Shown here one piece after another: positions 30,582 to 41,604 of a DNA stretch of 64,000 nucleotides (position 1 is the stretch's first letter; each line of letters begins with the position of its first letter). The translations under genes and the position numbers were made by a program. The notes below the pieces were generated by a model, which saw nothing but the letters and a program-made list of their open reading frames with translations, was not told where the DNA came from and made no database searches. Source of the stretch: Mycobacteriales bacterium (lineage in GTDB: Bacteria; Actinomycetota; Actinomycetes; Mycobacteriales; Mycobacteriaceae); the NCBI GenBank assembly GCA_038198705.1, contig JBBPZN010000023.1:4269-68268 (forward strand), in the 5' to 3' direction.

Positions 30582-32861
30582 ATGGTGGCACTCTCGGATC
30601 GGCTCGACGGGGTCCTCGGCGACAAGGTTGCTGGGCCCTTGGCCGAATTGTTCGCGCTCGAGACCGTCGAGGATCTGTTGCGGTACTACCCACACCGTTA
30701 CATGACGCAGGGCGCCGAACTGAGCGAGAAGGAACCGCCGGAGGGCGAGCACATCACCATCGTCGCGACGATCGCGTCGGCAACGTTGCGAACGATGAAG
30801 GCGCGCAAAGGGCAGTTTCTTGCAGTCTCTCTTGCGGCGGAAGATCAGCAGATCGATGCGACGTTCTTCAGCCCCCACAAGCTCAAGCATGTCCTCATCC
30901 CCGGTAAGCGTGGAATGTTCTCGGGCAAGGTCAAGTATTTCGGCCGACGATGGAATTTGACGCACCCGAGTTACGTGATGCTCGGTGGGGACGAGGATGA
31001 CGGGGCAGTGCTCACCCAAGGTCGGGTCGTGGGTGGCGGATCGTTGGCCGGTTTGGCGCGGGGCTCGCTCGATTCGTCCGGCAGTGTCGACATGTCGGTG
31101 TTCGAGCGCGCATTCGTTCCGATCTATCCCGCGGCGAAGGACGTGGAGAGTTGGACGTTCATGCGCTGCGTCCGTCAGGTTCTCGACCAACTGGACACCG
31201 TCGAGGACCCACTTCCGCCGGAGGTGCGTTCGGAGCGGGGATTGGTGGACCTCGACACCGCGCTGCGTTGGATACACTTTCCGGACTCCGCGGAAGAAAA
31301 AGACCAGGCCAGAGCGCGTCTGAAGTTCGATGAAGCGCTTGCAGTGCAACTCGTCCTGGCAGCGCGCAGACAGGACGCGTCGAGCAGGGTGGCGCCCGAA
31401 TGCTCGCCGCGGGTGGACGGGATTGCGGCGGAGTTCGAGCGTCGACTTCCGTTCACACTGACAGCAGGGCAGTTGACGGTGGCGGCGGAAATCTCGGCGG
31501 ACTTGTCGCAGGGACATCCGATGTCGCGATTGCTACAAGGTGAAGTGGGATCGGGTAAGACAGTGGTTGCGCTACGGGCGATGCTGCAGGTGATCGATTC
31601 GGGACATCAATGTGCGCTGTTGGCCCCTACCGAGGTCCTGGCGTCTCAGCACGCGCGATCCATCTCGGCGATGCTGGGCTCGTTGGCAGCCGCCGGTGAA
31701 CTCGGATCCCACGAGCTCGCCACCAAGGTCGCCCTGCTGACCGGTTCCATGTCGACGGCGGCCAAGCGGACAGCGCTGCTGGATGCAATCACCGGGGACG
31801 CAGGAATCGTGATCGGGACGCACGCACTCATCCAAGATCGGGTCGAGTTCATGGACCTCGGTATGGTCGTCATCGACGAACAGCACAGGTTCGGCGTCGA
31901 ACAGCGGGACGCGCTCAGATCCAAGGCGCGGAACAGCAGAAGTCCCCACCTGCTCGTGATGACGGCAACACCGATTCCGCGGACCATCGCCATGGCCTCC
32001 CTCGGTGATCTCGAGACATCCATTCTCGCCGAGCTCCCGCGCGGACGCGCACCGATCAAGACCAGTGTGGTTCCGGCATCGCACAAGCCGAATTGGGTGG
32101 ATCGTGCGTGGGAACGCATTCGTGAGGAAGTCCGCGCGGGCAGACAGGCGTACGTCGTCTGTTCTCGGATCGGTGACGACGACGCGGAGGGCACCGGGAA
32201 GCGGCCACGGACACGTGCAGCCGGCCACGACGACGATCGCGCACTGCCCGAGACCAAATCTGCGCTCGAGATGTACGACATGCTCACCGGGGGCCCGTTC
32301 GCCGATCTCCGTGTCGGGATGCTGCACGGCCGGATGCCAGCGGAGGAGAAGGACGCCTCGATGCAGGACTTCACGGCAGGCGAGATCGATGTGCTGGTGT
32401 GCACGACCGTGGTCGAGGTCGGCGTCGACGTGCCGAATGCCACGGTCATGGTGATCGTCGACGCCGATCGGTTCGGAATCAGCCAGTTGCATCAGCTACG
32501 GGGTCGTATCGGCCGTGGCGGTCATCAGGGTCTGTGCATCATGATCAGCCAACTCAGTCCGATGGGTGCTTCGTTCTCGCGTTTGACGGCGGTGGCTGCG
32601 ACCAATGACGGATTCGAGTTGGCCAAGCTCGATCTGACTACGCGTCGCGAGGGAGATGTGCTCGGCGCAGCACAATCGGGGACCGTGACAAGCCTTCGCC
32701 TGCTCTCACTCATCGACGACGAAGACGTGATCGCGGACGCCCATGCGTGCGCAAGGTCGCTGTTCGAGTCGGATCCGACGATGACCGATCATCCTGGCGT
32801 CGCGTCGATGATGAAATCCGCTTGGCGATCGGACCGGATCGACTATCTGGAGAAGTCCTGA
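30582..32861 (+). CDS. recG: ATP-dependent DNA helicase RecG
   Basis: QGEVGSGKT, DEQHRFG, TATPIPRT, QLRGRIGR. Confidence 0.97.
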   Translation: MVALSDRLDGVLGDKVAGPLAELFALETVEDLLRYYPHRYMTQGAELSEKEPPEGEHITIVATIASATLRTMKARKGQFLAVSLAAEDQQIDATFFSPHKLKHVLIPGKRGMFSGKVKYFGRRWNLTHPSYVMLGGDEDDGAVLTQGRVVGGGSLAGLARGSLDSSGSVDMSVFERAFVPIYPAAKDVESWTFMRCVRQVLDQLDTVEDPLPPEVRSERGLVDLDTALRWIHFPDSAEEKDQARARLKFDEALAVQLVLAARRQDASSRVAPECSPRVDGIAAEFERRLPFTLTAGQLTVAAEISADLSQGHPMSRLLQGEVGSGKTVVALRAMLQVIDSGHQCALLAPTEVLASQHARSISAMLGSLAAAGELGSHELATKVALLTGSMSTAAKRTALLDAITGDAGIVIGTHALIQDRVEFMDLGMVVIDEQHRFGVEQRDALRSKARNSRSPHLLVMTATPIPRTIAMASLGDLETSILAELPRGRAPIKTSVVPASHKPNWVDRAWERIREEVRAGRQAYVVCSRIGDDDAEGTGKRPRTRAAGHDDDRALPETKSALEMYDMLTGGPFADLRVGMLHGRMPAEEKDASMQDFTAGEIDVLVCTTVVEVGVDVPNATVMVIVDADRFGISQLHQLRGRIGRGGHQGLCIMISQLSPMGASFSRLTAVAATNDGFELAKLDLTTRREGDVLGAAQSGTVTSLRLLSLIDDEDVIADAHACARSLFESDPTMTDHPGVASMMKSAWRSDRIDYLEKS

Positions 32862-32893
32862 TGGGTCTCTGCACCGTTTAAGACGCCGGGCTA

Positions 32894-32908
32894 TCTCATA
32901 TTTCGAGA
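32894..32908. promoter_or_regulatory. Candidate IclR-type operator upstream of pyc
   Basis: TCTCA-TATTT-CGAGA. Confidence 0.45.
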
Positions 32909-32951
32909 TGGCGGACACAATTCGTGGACTTGTCGGCGGTAGGTTTAGCGC

Positions 32952-35900
32952 ATGTTCTCCAAAGTGTTGGTTGCCAATCGTGGCGAGATTGCTATCCGTG
33001 CATTTCGTGCGTCGTACGAGTTGGGCGCCGCTACTGTGGCTGTCTTCCCGTTCGAGGACCGCAATTCGGTTCACCGAACGAAGGCGGACGAGGCGTACGA
33101 GATCGGGGAGAAGGGCCACCCCGTACGCGCCTATCTGTCGGTGAAGGAGATCGTCGCTGCAGCACAGCGCAGCGGTGCCGATGCGGTGTACCCGGGGTAC
33201 GGGTTCCTGTCGGAGAATCCGGATCTTGCTGCTGCGTGCGCGGCGGCGGGCATCACGTTCGTCGGGCCTTCGGCCGAGGTGCTCGAGTTGACGGGCAACA
33301 AGGCCCGCGCAATTGCCGCGGCCAAGCGTGCCGGTTTGCCGGTCTTGGCCTCGTCCGAGCCGTCCTCGGACGTCGAAGAATTGGTAGCAGCTTCGGAAAC
33401 GATGACCTTCCCCTTGTTCGTGAAGGCAGTGGCCGGCGGCGGCGGCAGGGGCATGCGCCGAGTGGCCGAGCCCGCGCAGTTGCGCGAATCGATCGAAGCG
33501 GCAGCGCGTGAGGCGGAGTCGGCGTTCGGTGACGCGACTGTGTTCTTGGAGCAGGCGGTCATCGATCCACGGCACATCGAGGTGCAGATCCTCGCGGATG
33601 GACAGGGCAACGTGGTGCACCTGTTCGAGCGGGATTGTTCTCTGCAGCGGCGTCATCAGAAGGTCATCGAGATGGCCCCTGCGCCGAATCTCCCTGCTGA
33701 GCTTCGTGATCGGATGTGCGCCGACGCAGTCGCTTTCGCGAAGGAGATCGGATACTCGTGCGCAGGCACGGTGGAGTTCCTCCTCGATACTCGGGGCAAT
33801 CATGTGTTCATCGAGATGAATCCGCGTATCCAGGTGGAGCACACGGTGACCGAAGAGGTCACCGACGTCGACTTGGTACAGGCGCAGTTGCGCATTGCCT
33901 CGGGGGAGTCCCTCGCTGATTTGGGATTGGCTCAGGAGAACATCGTGTTGCGTGGGGCGGCATTGCAATGCCGAATCACCACCGAGGATCCGTCGAATGG
34001 TTTCCGACCCGACACCGGCCGTATCACCGCGTACCGCACCCCGGGTGGTGCCGGTGTGCGATTGGATGGTGGCACGACACTCGGCGCCGAAGTGGGCGCC
34101 TACTTCGATTCCATGTTGGTGAAGTTGACGTGTAGAGGCAGAGATTTCGATACCGCGATTGCGCGTGCGCGTCGCGCGGTGGCGGAGTTCCGCATTCGTG
34201 GCGTAGCAACGAATATCCCTTTTCTGCAGGCAGTTCTGGTCGATCCGGACTTCACTGCGGGGAGAGTGACGACGTCGTTCATCGAGGAACGTCCGCAACT
34301 GCTGACCTCGCGTACCTCCGGTGACCGCGGAACGAAGATCCTGACGTATCTGGCGGATGTGACCGTCAACAAGCCGCACGGGGAGCGGCCGTCGCCGGTG
34401 TACCCGCACGACAAACTTCCCCACGTCGATTTCTCGGCACCGATTTCCGACGGCAGTAGGCAGCGCTTGCTGGCGTTGGGCCCAGAGGGTTTCGCTCGTG
34501 ATCTGCGTAATCAGAAAGCACTCGCGGTCACCGACACGACATTTCGGGATGCACATCAATCGTTGCTGGCAACCCGGGTTCGCACGTCTGGGTTGTTGAT
34601 GGTCGCACCCTACGTGGCACGCACGACGCCGGAGTTGCTCTCGATCGAATGTTGGGGTGGCGCGACATACGATGTGGCACTGCGTTTCCTGCACGAGGAT
34701 CCGTGGGAGCGTCTGGCCGCGTTGCGTGAGGCGGTGCCCAACGTTGCGTTGCAGATGTTGCTACGTGGCCGCAATACGGTGGGCTACACCCCGTATCCGG
34801 AGAAAGTGACGCGCAGCTTCGTAGCGGAGGCAACCGACACAGGTATCGACATCTTCCGCATCTTCGATGCGCTCAACAACGTCGATCAGATGCGTCCGGC
34901 GATCGACGCGGTTCGTGAGACAGGTACCGCTCTGGCCGAGGTTGCCTTGAGTTACACCGGTGACCTGTCGAATCCGAACGAGACGCTGTACACGCTGGAC
35001 TACTACCTGTTGCTGGCTGAGCAAATAGTCGATGCGGGCGCCCATGTGCTGGCGATCAAGGACATGGCCGGGTTGTTGCGTGCGCCCGCCGCACGGACTT
35101 TGGTCACGGCGTTGCGGAGCAATTTCGATCTGCCGGTGCACGTGCACACCCACGACACTCCCGGCGGTCAGTTGGCGACGTACCTAGCGGCCTGGGAAGC
35201 AGGCGCCGATGCCGTCGACGGTGCGAGCGCATCGATGGCAGGTGCAACTTCGCAGCCTGCGTTGTCTGCAATCGTGGCTGCTGCTGCGCACACCGAGCGA
35301 GATACGGGCCTGGATCTGGCTGCAGTATGCGATCTGGAGCCGTACTGGGAGGCGTTGCGAAAGGTGTACGCGCCCTTCGAATCGGGACTGATGGCTCCGA
35401 CGGGTCGGGTGTACACCCACGAGATTCCGGGTGGGCAGCTCTCGAATCTCCGTCAGCAGGCGATCGCACTAGGTTTGGGCGACAAGTTCGAAACCGTAGA
35501 AGCGAATTACGCTGCTGCGGACCGGATGTTGGGTCGCTTGGTCAAGGTGACGCCCAGCTCGAAGGTGGTCGGTGATCTCGCGCTCGCCTTGGTCGGCGCC
35601 GACGCGTCGGCAGAGGAGTTCGCGGAGAACCCCGGAAAGTTCGACATCCCTGATTCGGTGATCGGTTTTCTGCGTGGCGATCTCGGAACTCCAGCGGGTG
35701 GATGGCCCGAGCCGTTGCGCACCAAGGCTTTGGAGGGTCGAGGTGAGGCCAAACCAGTGACGGAGCTGACCGTCGAGGAGGAACGGAGTCTCGATGGAAC
35801 GTCGGCAACGCGTCGGGAGATGTTGAATCGGTTGCTCTTTCCTGGCCCTAGCGCAGAGTTGGCGGAGCATCGGGACAAATTCGGCGACACCTCACGGTTG

Positions 35901-36362
35901 TCGGCGAATCAGTTCTTCTACGGTCTGCGTCAGGGAGACGAGCATCGTGTTCGGCTCGAGAAGGGCGTGGAGTTGCTGATCGGGTTGGAAGCCATTTCCG
36001 ATGCCGATGAGCGGGGGATGCGCACGGTGATGTGCATTCTGAACGGTCAATTGCGTCCGGTGTCGGTGCGGGATCGTTCGATTTCCAGTGACGCGCCGAC
36101 GATCGAGAAAGCGGATCGGTCCAATTCCGGTCACGTTCCGGCACCGTTTGCGGGTGTGGTGACGTTGGCAGTGGCTCTGGGAGACGAGATCTCGGCGGGA
36201 GAGACGGTTGCCACCATCGAAGCGATGAAGATGGAGGCTGCGATCACGGCACCGAAGGGTGGAAAGGTCAGCCGCCTTGCCATCGGCGGTGTGCAGCAAG
36301 TCGAGGGTGGGGATCTGCTGGTCGTGATAGGAAGCGGCGAGGGAGCTTCGGTAAACGACTGA
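32952..36362 (+). CDS. pyc: Pyruvate carboxylase
   Basis: ANRGEIA, RDAHQSL, HVHTHD, biotin motif EAMKM; TAGGTT 6 nt before ATG. Confidence 0.98.
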   Translation: MFSKVLVANRGEIAIRAFRASYELGAATVAVFPFEDRNSVHRTKADEAYEIGEKGHPVRAYLSVKEIVAAAQRSGADAVYPGYGFLSENPDLAAACAAAGITFVGPSAEVLELTGNKARAIAAAKRAGLPVLASSEPSSDVEELVAASETMTFPLFVKAVAGGGGRGMRRVAEPAQLRESIEAAAREAESAFGDATVFLEQAVIDPRHIEVQILADGQGNVVHLFERDCSLQRRHQKVIEMAPAPNLPAELRDRMCADAVAFAKEIGYSCAGTVEFLLDTRGNHVFIEMNPRIQVEHTVTEEVTDVDLVQAQLRIASGESLADLGLAQENIVLRGAALQCRITTEDPSNGFRPDTGRITAYRTPGGAGVRLDGGTTLGAEVGAYFDSMLVKLTCRGRDFDTAIARARRAVAEFRIRGVATNIPFLQAVLVDPDFTAGRVTTSFIEERPQLLTSRTSGDRGTKILTYLADVTVNKPHGERPSPVYPHDKLPHVDFSAPISDGSRQRLLALGPEGFARDLRNQKALAVTDTTFRDAHQSLLATRVRTSGLLMVAPYVARTTPELLSIECWGGATYDVALRFLHEDPWERLAALREAVPNVALQMLLRGRNTVGYTPYPEKVTRSFVAEATDTGIDIFRIFDALNNVDQMRPAIDAVRETGTALAEVALSYTGDLSNPNETLYTLDYYLLLAEQIVDAGAHVLAIKDMAGLLRAPAARTLVTALRSNFDLPVHVHTHDTPGGQLATYLAAWEAGADAVDGASASMAGATSQPALSAIVAAAAHTERDTGLDLAAVCDLEPYWEALRKVYAPFESGLMAPTGRVYTHEIPGGQLSNLRQQAIALGLGDKFETVEANYAAADRMLGRLVKVTPSSKVVGDLALALVGADASAEEFAENPGKFDIPDSVIGFLRGDLGTPAGGWPEPLRTKALEGRGEAKPVTELTVEEERSLDGTSATRREMLNRLLFPGPSAELAEHRDKFGDTSRLSANQFFYGLRQGDEHRVRLEKGVELLIGLEAISDADERGMRTVMCILNGQLRPVSVRDRSISSDAPTIEKADRSNSGHVPAPFAGVVTLAVALGDEISAGETVATIEAMKMEAAITAPKGGKVSRLAIGGVQQVEGGDLLVVIGSGEGASVND

Positions 36363-36437
36363 TGGGGTTCGGTGAGCACGGCAGCAAAGAGGAACTCGAC
36401 ACTGGGCAACCTTCTGTAACTGAGTAACCTTCTGTAG

Positions 36438-36995
36438 ATGACCCGGATCGTGGCAGGCATCGCAGGAGGCCGAACCCTGAAAGTCCCGCCTCGCGGCACG
36501 CGTCCAACATCGGACCGTGTCCGCGAGGCGTTGTTCAGCTCGTTGGACTCGCGTCTGGATCTCGAGGGCGCCAACGTACTCGAACTCTATGCCGGGTCGG
36601 GTGCCCTGGGATTGGAAGCACTTTCACGTGGTGCGTCGACAGTCGTCTTGGTGGAGTCCGATCCGCGAGCGGCAGAGGTGATTCGGGGTAACGCCGCCGG
36701 TATCGAGCTGCCCGGTGCGTCCGTTCGATGTGCGTCGGTCTCCGCGGTGTTGGCGGGGCAGGCCGACCGCCGCTACGACCTCGTGTTGGCCGACCCTCCC
36801 TATGCCATCGCCGATTCCGCGGTTGCGCAGATGCTCGTCGAACTTCTGACGAACGGTTGGTTGGCACCGGAAAGCCTTGTGGTGTTGGAACGCTCGTCCA
36901 GATCGGCAGAGACCGCCTGGCCGGAGGGTTTGGTAGCGGAGAAGGTCAAGAAGTACGGCGAGACGCGAATCGAAATCGCCGGACTGGCACGGTGA
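36438..36995 (+). CDS. rsmD: 16S rRNA m2G966 methyltransferase
   Basis: RPTSDRVREALF, LYAGSGALGLEALSRGA, DPPY. Confidence 0.95.
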   Translation: MTRIVAGIAGGRTLKVPPRGTRPTSDRVREALFSSLDSRLDLEGANVLELYAGSGALGLEALSRGASTVVLVESDPRAAEVIRGNAAGIELPGASVRCASVSAVLAGQADRRYDLVLADPPYAIADSAVAQMLVELLTNGWLAPESLVVLERSSRSAETAWPEGLVAEKVKKYGETRIEIAGLAR

Positions 36996-37008
36996 TAGCG
37001 TGAGCGTC

Positions 37009-37497
37009 ATGACTGGAGCAGTGTGTCCTGGATCCTTCGACCCGGTGACCAATGGCCATATCGATGTGATCACCAGGGCTGCGGCGCAGTTCGACGAGAT
37101 CATCGTCACCGTCATGATCAACAAGAGCAAGCGTGGCCTGTTCAGTGTCGACGAGCGCATCGAGCTTCTCGGCGAAGCGACTGCTCATCTGAAGAACGTC
37201 CGAATCTCCTCGTGGCACGGCCTGCTCGTCGACTATGCGAAGCAGGAGGGCTTCACTGCGATCGTGAAGGGTTTGCGCGGGGCAAACGATTTCGACTACG
37301 AACTTCAGATGGCTCAGATGAACCAGCGGTTGACAGGTGTGGACACCCTTTTCCTCTCCGCGAATCCGGCGTTCAGCTTCCTGTCCAGTTCGCTGGTCAA
37401 AGAGGTTGCGACTTTCGGTGGAGATGTCGCCGGCATGGTCCCCGAGAATGTTCACTCCAGACTACTGAGCCGCATCGCCGAGCGCGCCGCCGAATAG
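37009..37497 (+). CDS. coaD: Pantetheine-phosphate adenylyltransferase
   Basis: PGSFDPVTNGH, KGLR, SSSLVKEV. Confidence 0.97.
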   Translation: MTGAVCPGSFDPVTNGHIDVITRAAAQFDEIIVTVMINKSKRGLFSVDERIELLGEATAHLKNVRISSWHGLLVDYAKQEGFTAIVKGLRGANDFDYELQMAQMNQRLTGVDTLFLSANPAFSFLSSSLVKEVATFGGDVAGMVPENVHSRLLSRIAERAAE

Positions 37498-37605
37498 ATC
37501 GCGCGACACACCGAGGCGAGTGCGACGCGAACGCAGCAATCACCAGGCAAACTGGAAGTGCATGATCGCACGTTTATTCGTATTTTCTATCGATTGGGGT
37601 TACCG

Positions 37606-38373
37606 GTGTACCGCGTATTCGAGGCACTCGACGAACTCGTCGCCATTGTCGAGGAGGCGCGCGGTGTCCCTATGACGGCCGGCTGCGTTGTTCCTCGCGG
37701 CGATGTCCTTGAACTTCTCGACGATGTACGCGACTCGATTCCTGGTGAACTCGACGACGCGCAAGACGTCCTCGATCACAAGGACAAACTCGTCACGGAC
37801 GCTCGGGCGACGGCAGAGAAAACTGTTACCTCGGCCAACGACGAAGCCCAGGACACCGTCGAGAATGCACGCGATTCCGCAGACCGAATATTGGCCGACG
37901 CGAAATCGCAGGCCGATCGCATGGTTGCCGAGGCGAAGGCTCACGCCGAGCAACGCGTCGACGATGCGAACGACACCGCGGAGCGTTCGGTCGAAGCAGG
38001 AAGGCGTGAGTACGAGACGCTGACGACGCGGGCGCGGTCGGAGTCGGAGCGTCTCATCGAGTCGGGTCAGGCCTCGTACGATCGTTCGGTCGCAGACGGA
38101 GCCGAGGAGCAGGCGCGGTTGGTCGATCAAACCGAGGTCGTGCAGGCCGCACGCACAGAATCGGCGCGAGTCATCGACGCTTCGCATGCCGAATCAGACC
38201 GAATGCGCAGTGAATGCGACGTCTATGTCGATACCAAGCTGGCGGAGTTCGAGGAGTTCCTCAGTGGCACTATCCGCTCTGTGGGGCGAGGTCGCCAGCA
38301 GTTGCGGACCGGATCGGGTGTCCCGGACTACGGCCCGGATCCGTCCGGAGATGGGCGTCGTTCGCGTAGGTGA
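37606..38373 (+). CDS. sepIVA: DivIVA-like coiled-coil protein (SepIVA/Rv2927c type)
   Basis: YRVFEALDELVAIVEEARGVPMT, long coiled coil, position after coaD. Confidence 0.85.
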   Translation: MYRVFEALDELVAIVEEARGVPMTAGCVVPRGDVLELLDDVRDSIPGELDDAQDVLDHKDKLVTDARATAEKTVTSANDEAQDTVENARDSADRILADAKSQADRMVAEAKAHAEQRVDDANDTAERSVEAGRREYETLTTRARSESERLIESGQASYDRSVADGAEEQARLVDQTEVVQAARTESARVIDASHAESDRMRSECDVYVDTKLAEFEEFLSGTIRSVGRGRQQLRTGSGVPDYGPDPSGDGRRSRR

Positions 38374-38516
38374 ATCGTCAGATTTGCTCATGTCCGAGTC
38401 TGTGCGTACCGTTGTGTGGTTGCCCAAAGGTTGTTCCCGTCCTGCGCACCTTCTTGGTGCCGTTGGTCGAACAGCTCCAAAGTGATCGAATCAATCGTCT
38501 GAGCAGGAAGATTACT

Positions 38517-39125
38517 GTGTCTACCCGTCGTAATACCCCTCGTGCCGAAGCGGGCACGGGATTCGTGCTGGATATCGACAACCTGAGCCGTCGGCCCGGG
38601 TCCATGACGGAGATCCAGCGGACGATTGTCGCGCCTACGCGAATCGGTCTCGATGCGATCGCCATCGAAAAAGGGTCGCCGGTCGATCTCGATCTTCGCC
38701 TCGAAGCAGTATCGGAAGGCGTCCTTGTCACCGGCACCGTCCGAGCAGACACTGCAGGTGAGTGCTCGCGGTGCCTGGAGCCCGTTTCCGGTGCTGTGGA
38801 TGTCTACCTCACCGATCTGTTCGCGTACCCGTCCAGCGTCACTGAGGACACGACGGACGAGGAAGAGATTCATCGCGTTGTCGACGATCAGATAGACCTA
38901 CAGCCAGTCGTCGTGGATGCGGTCGGATTGGAGCTTCCATTGCATCCTCTCTGCCGTGAAAACTGCCCGGGATTGTGCTCGGAATGTGGCATCAACCTGG
39001 CGATTGCGGAATCTGGACATGATCATGAGATAGTTGATCCTCGCTGGGCTGGACTTGCAGCCAAATTTGGCGTGGATCCAGTTTCTAGCACCGAACTTGT
39101 GAACAACGAAGCCGAGGAGAAGTAG
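38517..39125 (+). CDS. YceD/DUF177 family protein
   Basis: CSRCL and [22 protein letters not shown]; precedes rpmF. Confidence 0.9.
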   Translation: MSTRRNTPRAEAGTGFVLDIDNLSRRPGSMTEIQRTIVAPTRIGLDAIAIEKGSPVDLDLRLEAVSEGVLVTGTVRADTAGECSRCLEPVSGAVDVYLTDLFAYPSSVTEDTTDEEEIHRVVDDQIDLQPVVVDAVGLELPLHPLCRENCPGLCSECGINLAIAESGHDHEIVDPRWAGLAAKFGVDPVSSTELVNNEAEEK

Positions 39126-39127
39126 AA

Positions 39128-39310
39128 GTGGCTGTCCCGAAGCGTAAAATGTCGCGTTCCAACACGAGGTCGCGTCGTGCACAGTGGAAGGCCACAGTGC
39201 CTACGCTTGTCACGTGCCCCAACCGTGGATGCGGCGAGAAGACACTGCCCCACATTGCGTGCCCCTCGTGTGGCACCTACAAGGGCCGACAGGTAGCAGC
39301 AGCTGTCTGA
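39128..39310 (+). CDS. rpmF: 50S ribosomal protein L32
   Basis: [26 protein letters not shown]. Confidence 0.97.
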   Translation: MAVPKRKMSRSNTRSRRAQWKATVPTLVTCPNRGCGEKTLPHIACPSCGTYKGRQVAAAV

Positions 39311-39320
39311 TCTTCAGCAC

Positions 39321-40193
39321 ATGACATCGAAGAGCAGTTCTACTCACCTGAACCGCTCGACAGCCGACAGCGGCGGGGACGACCGAGAGTCGCTCCTCGC
39401 CGCTCTTGGCGTCGTACTTGCTGAACCGCTTTTGACTCTGGCATTGACCCACCGGTCGTACGCGTACGAGCGTGGTGGTCTGCCGACCAACGAGCGGCTG
39501 GAATTCCTGGGTGATTCGGTTCTCGGTTTGACGGTGACCGAAGAGCTTTACACTGCACATCCTGAGAAATCCGAAGGCGAGCTGGCCAAGATCCGGGCCA
39601 GCGTCGTGAACATGCATGCTTTGGCCGAGGTAGCACGCGAACTCGGTGAAGGCGGCCTTGGCCGTCATCTCTTGCTCGGCAAGGGCGAGGAACAGACCGG
39701 TGGTCGTGACAAGCCCAGCATTCTGGCCGATGGCATGGAGTCCCTTTTGGGCGCGATTCACCTCCAGCATGGGATAGAGGTCGCACGTCGTGTCGTCCTG
39801 ACCCTGTTCGCACGCCTGCTCGACCGAGCGCCGCGCTTGGGCGCCGGCCTGGACTGGAAGACCAGCCTTCAGGAGCTGACGGCTGTGAAATCGCTCGGCG
39901 TGCCCGTATACGAAATCTCCTCCACGGGACCAGACCATGACAAAGAATTCACCGCCACCGTCGTCATCGGCGGAAGGCCACTCGGCGTAGGTATCGGCAG
40001 ATCCAAGAAAGAAGCCGAGCAAAAGGCTGCGAGTACCGCCTGGAACGACATCTCCGACGGAAACGAGAGCTCCGTCGCCGTCGAGCCCCCCGCCGTAGAG
40101 CACACCGCCATCGAGCCCCCCGCCGTAGAGCGCACCGCCGGCGCAGTCGAACCCTCTGCCACCGACATCGCTACCGCTCCGCACGCGGAGTAG
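39321..40193 (+). CDS. rnc: Ribonuclease III
   Basis: [11 protein letters not shown]; ds[11 protein letters not shown]...[10 protein letters not shown]. Confidence 0.97.
   Translation: MTSKSSSTHLNRSTADSGGDDRESLLAALGVVLAEPLLTLALTHRSYAYERGGLPTNERLEFLGDSVLGLTVTEELYTAHPEKSEGELAKIRASVVNMHALAEVARELGEGGLGRHLLLGKGEEQTGGRDKPSILADGMESLLGAIHLQHGIEVARRVVLTLFARLLDRAPRLGAGLDWKTSLQELTAVKSLGVPVYEISSTGPDHDKEFTATVVIGGRPLGVGIGRSKKEAEQKAASTAWNDISDGNESSVAVEPPAVEHTAIEPPAVERTAGAVEPSATDIATAPHAE
40081..40140 (+). repeat. 30-bp tandem duplication in the RNase III C-terminal tail
   Basis: TCGAGCCCCCCGCCGTAGAGCRCACCGCCR x2. Confidence 0.85.
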
Positions 40194-40203
40194 CGGACAC
40201 TCG

Positions 40204-41070
40204 ATGCCCGAGTTACCAGAGGTCGAAGTAGTGCGCCTCGGCCTCGAATCGCACGTAGTCGACACAACCATCGAATCGGTGGAGGTCCTGCACCCTCGCG
40301 CGGTCCGGCGTCACTTTGCTGGTGCGCGGGACCTGGAAGCTCAGCTACGAGGCCGCCGCATCGTGTCGGCAGAGCGTCGCGGCAAGTATCTGTGGCTGCC
40401 GCTCGATGCGCAGGACGATGCGATAGTCGTGCACTTGGGAATGAGCGGCCAAATGCTGGTGCAGCCACCGTCGGTGCCTGCAGAGAAGCACCTCCGCATC
40501 CGTGTAGTGCTGGACAACGGGGCCGAACTCCGATTCGTCGATCAACGAACTTTCGGTGGTTGGGCCATCGCGCACCTCGAATCTGTGGACGGGTCTGTTG
40601 TTCCAGAGTCCGTGGCGCACATCGCACGAGACCCGGTGGATCCCTTGTTCGATGCGGAATCCGTCGTGAACGTGTTGCGGAGCAAACACACCGAGATCAA
40701 GCGCGCCATACTGGACCAAACGGTGCTGTCGGGCGTGGGCAACATCTACGCCGACGAGGCACTGTGGCGCGCCAAGATTCACGGCAACCGAATTGCAGAG
40801 ACCTTGTCCAGGCCAGTTCTACGCACACTGTTGACCTCGGTTCACGCGGTGATGGGTGAGGCTCTCGCACAAGGCGGCACATCCTTCGATGCGCTGTACG
40901 TCAATGTCAACGGTGAATCGGGATACTTCGATCGCTCGTTGGATGCGTACGGCCAGGAGGGGCTGCCATGTTCGCGTTGTGGTAGCCCGATCCGGCGTGA
41001 GAAGTTCATGAACAGATCGTCGTACAGCTGTCCCACCTGCCAGCCGCGACCTCGAAATACGCGGACCTGA
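40204..41070 (+). CDS. mutM: Formamidopyrimidine-DNA glycosylase
   Basis: [24 protein letters not shown]-terminal Zn finger. Confidence 0.97.
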   Translation: MPELPEVEVVRLGLESHVVDTTIESVEVLHPRAVRRHFAGARDLEAQLRGRRIVSAERRGKYLWLPLDAQDDAIVVHLGMSGQMLVQPPSVPAEKHLRIRVVLDNGAELRFVDQRTFGGWAIAHLESVDGSVVPESVAHIARDPVDPLFDAESVVNVLRSKHTEIKRAILDQTVLSGVGNIYADEALWRAKIHGNRIAETLSRPVLRTLLTSVHAVMGEALAQGGTSFDALYVNVNGESGYFDRSLDAYGQEGLPCSRCGSPIRREKFMNRSSYSCPTCQPRPRNTRT

Positions 41071-41108
41071 CGCGGCACTGACGGCCGGTCACCCTAGAAT
41101 CGACTCTC

Positions 41109-41537
41109 ATGGCTGATGAGAGCACACCGACGGCACTGTGGGTCGAGCGGACGGGGACGCGTCGATACACGGGAATGAGCTCGCGAGGGGCCGAGGTGTT
41201 GATCGGTTCGGAATCGGTCGACGGGGTCTTCACCCCTGGCGAGTTGCTCAAGATCGCGCTCGCGGCATGCACCGGGATGAGTTCGGATCTCCCATTGTCG
41301 CGCCGCCTCGGTGACAATTACGACTCGAAGGTGACGGTGTCGGGGTCTGCCGATCGTGAGAACGAGCGCTACCCGGAGTTGCGTGAGGTACTCGCGGTCG
41401 ACCTCAGCGAACTCGACCCCGAAGCGCAGCAGCGGTTGCTGGTCGTCGTCGAGCGCGCCATCGACAAGGTGTGCACCGTCGGACGAACCCTGAAAGCCGG
41501 CGCTGAGGTATCTTTCGAAATAGACGTGGACGGCTGA
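41109..41537 (+). CDS. OsmC family protein
   Basis: TPGELLKIALAAC and CTVGRTL two-Cys motifs. Confidence 0.85.
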   Translation: MADESTPTALWVERTGTRRYTGMSSRGAEVLIGSESVDGVFTPGELLKIALAACTGMSSDLPLSRRLGDNYDSKVTVSGSADRENERYPELREVLAVDLSELDPEAQQRLLVVVERAIDKVCTVGRTLKAGAEVSFEIDVDG

Positions 41538-41604
41538 CGATGGGGATCCCGACGTCGATGGCGATCTGCTCGCTCTACAGAACGGTCCGAAAGTTGACCT
41601 CCTC

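Noticed and set aside
32706-34694. 662-aa minus-strand ORF and similar long antisense ORFs (846-2198, 2722-4107, 19449-21005, 47199-48773)
   Set aside because: Each lies opposite a well-supported housekeeping gene and has no domain signature
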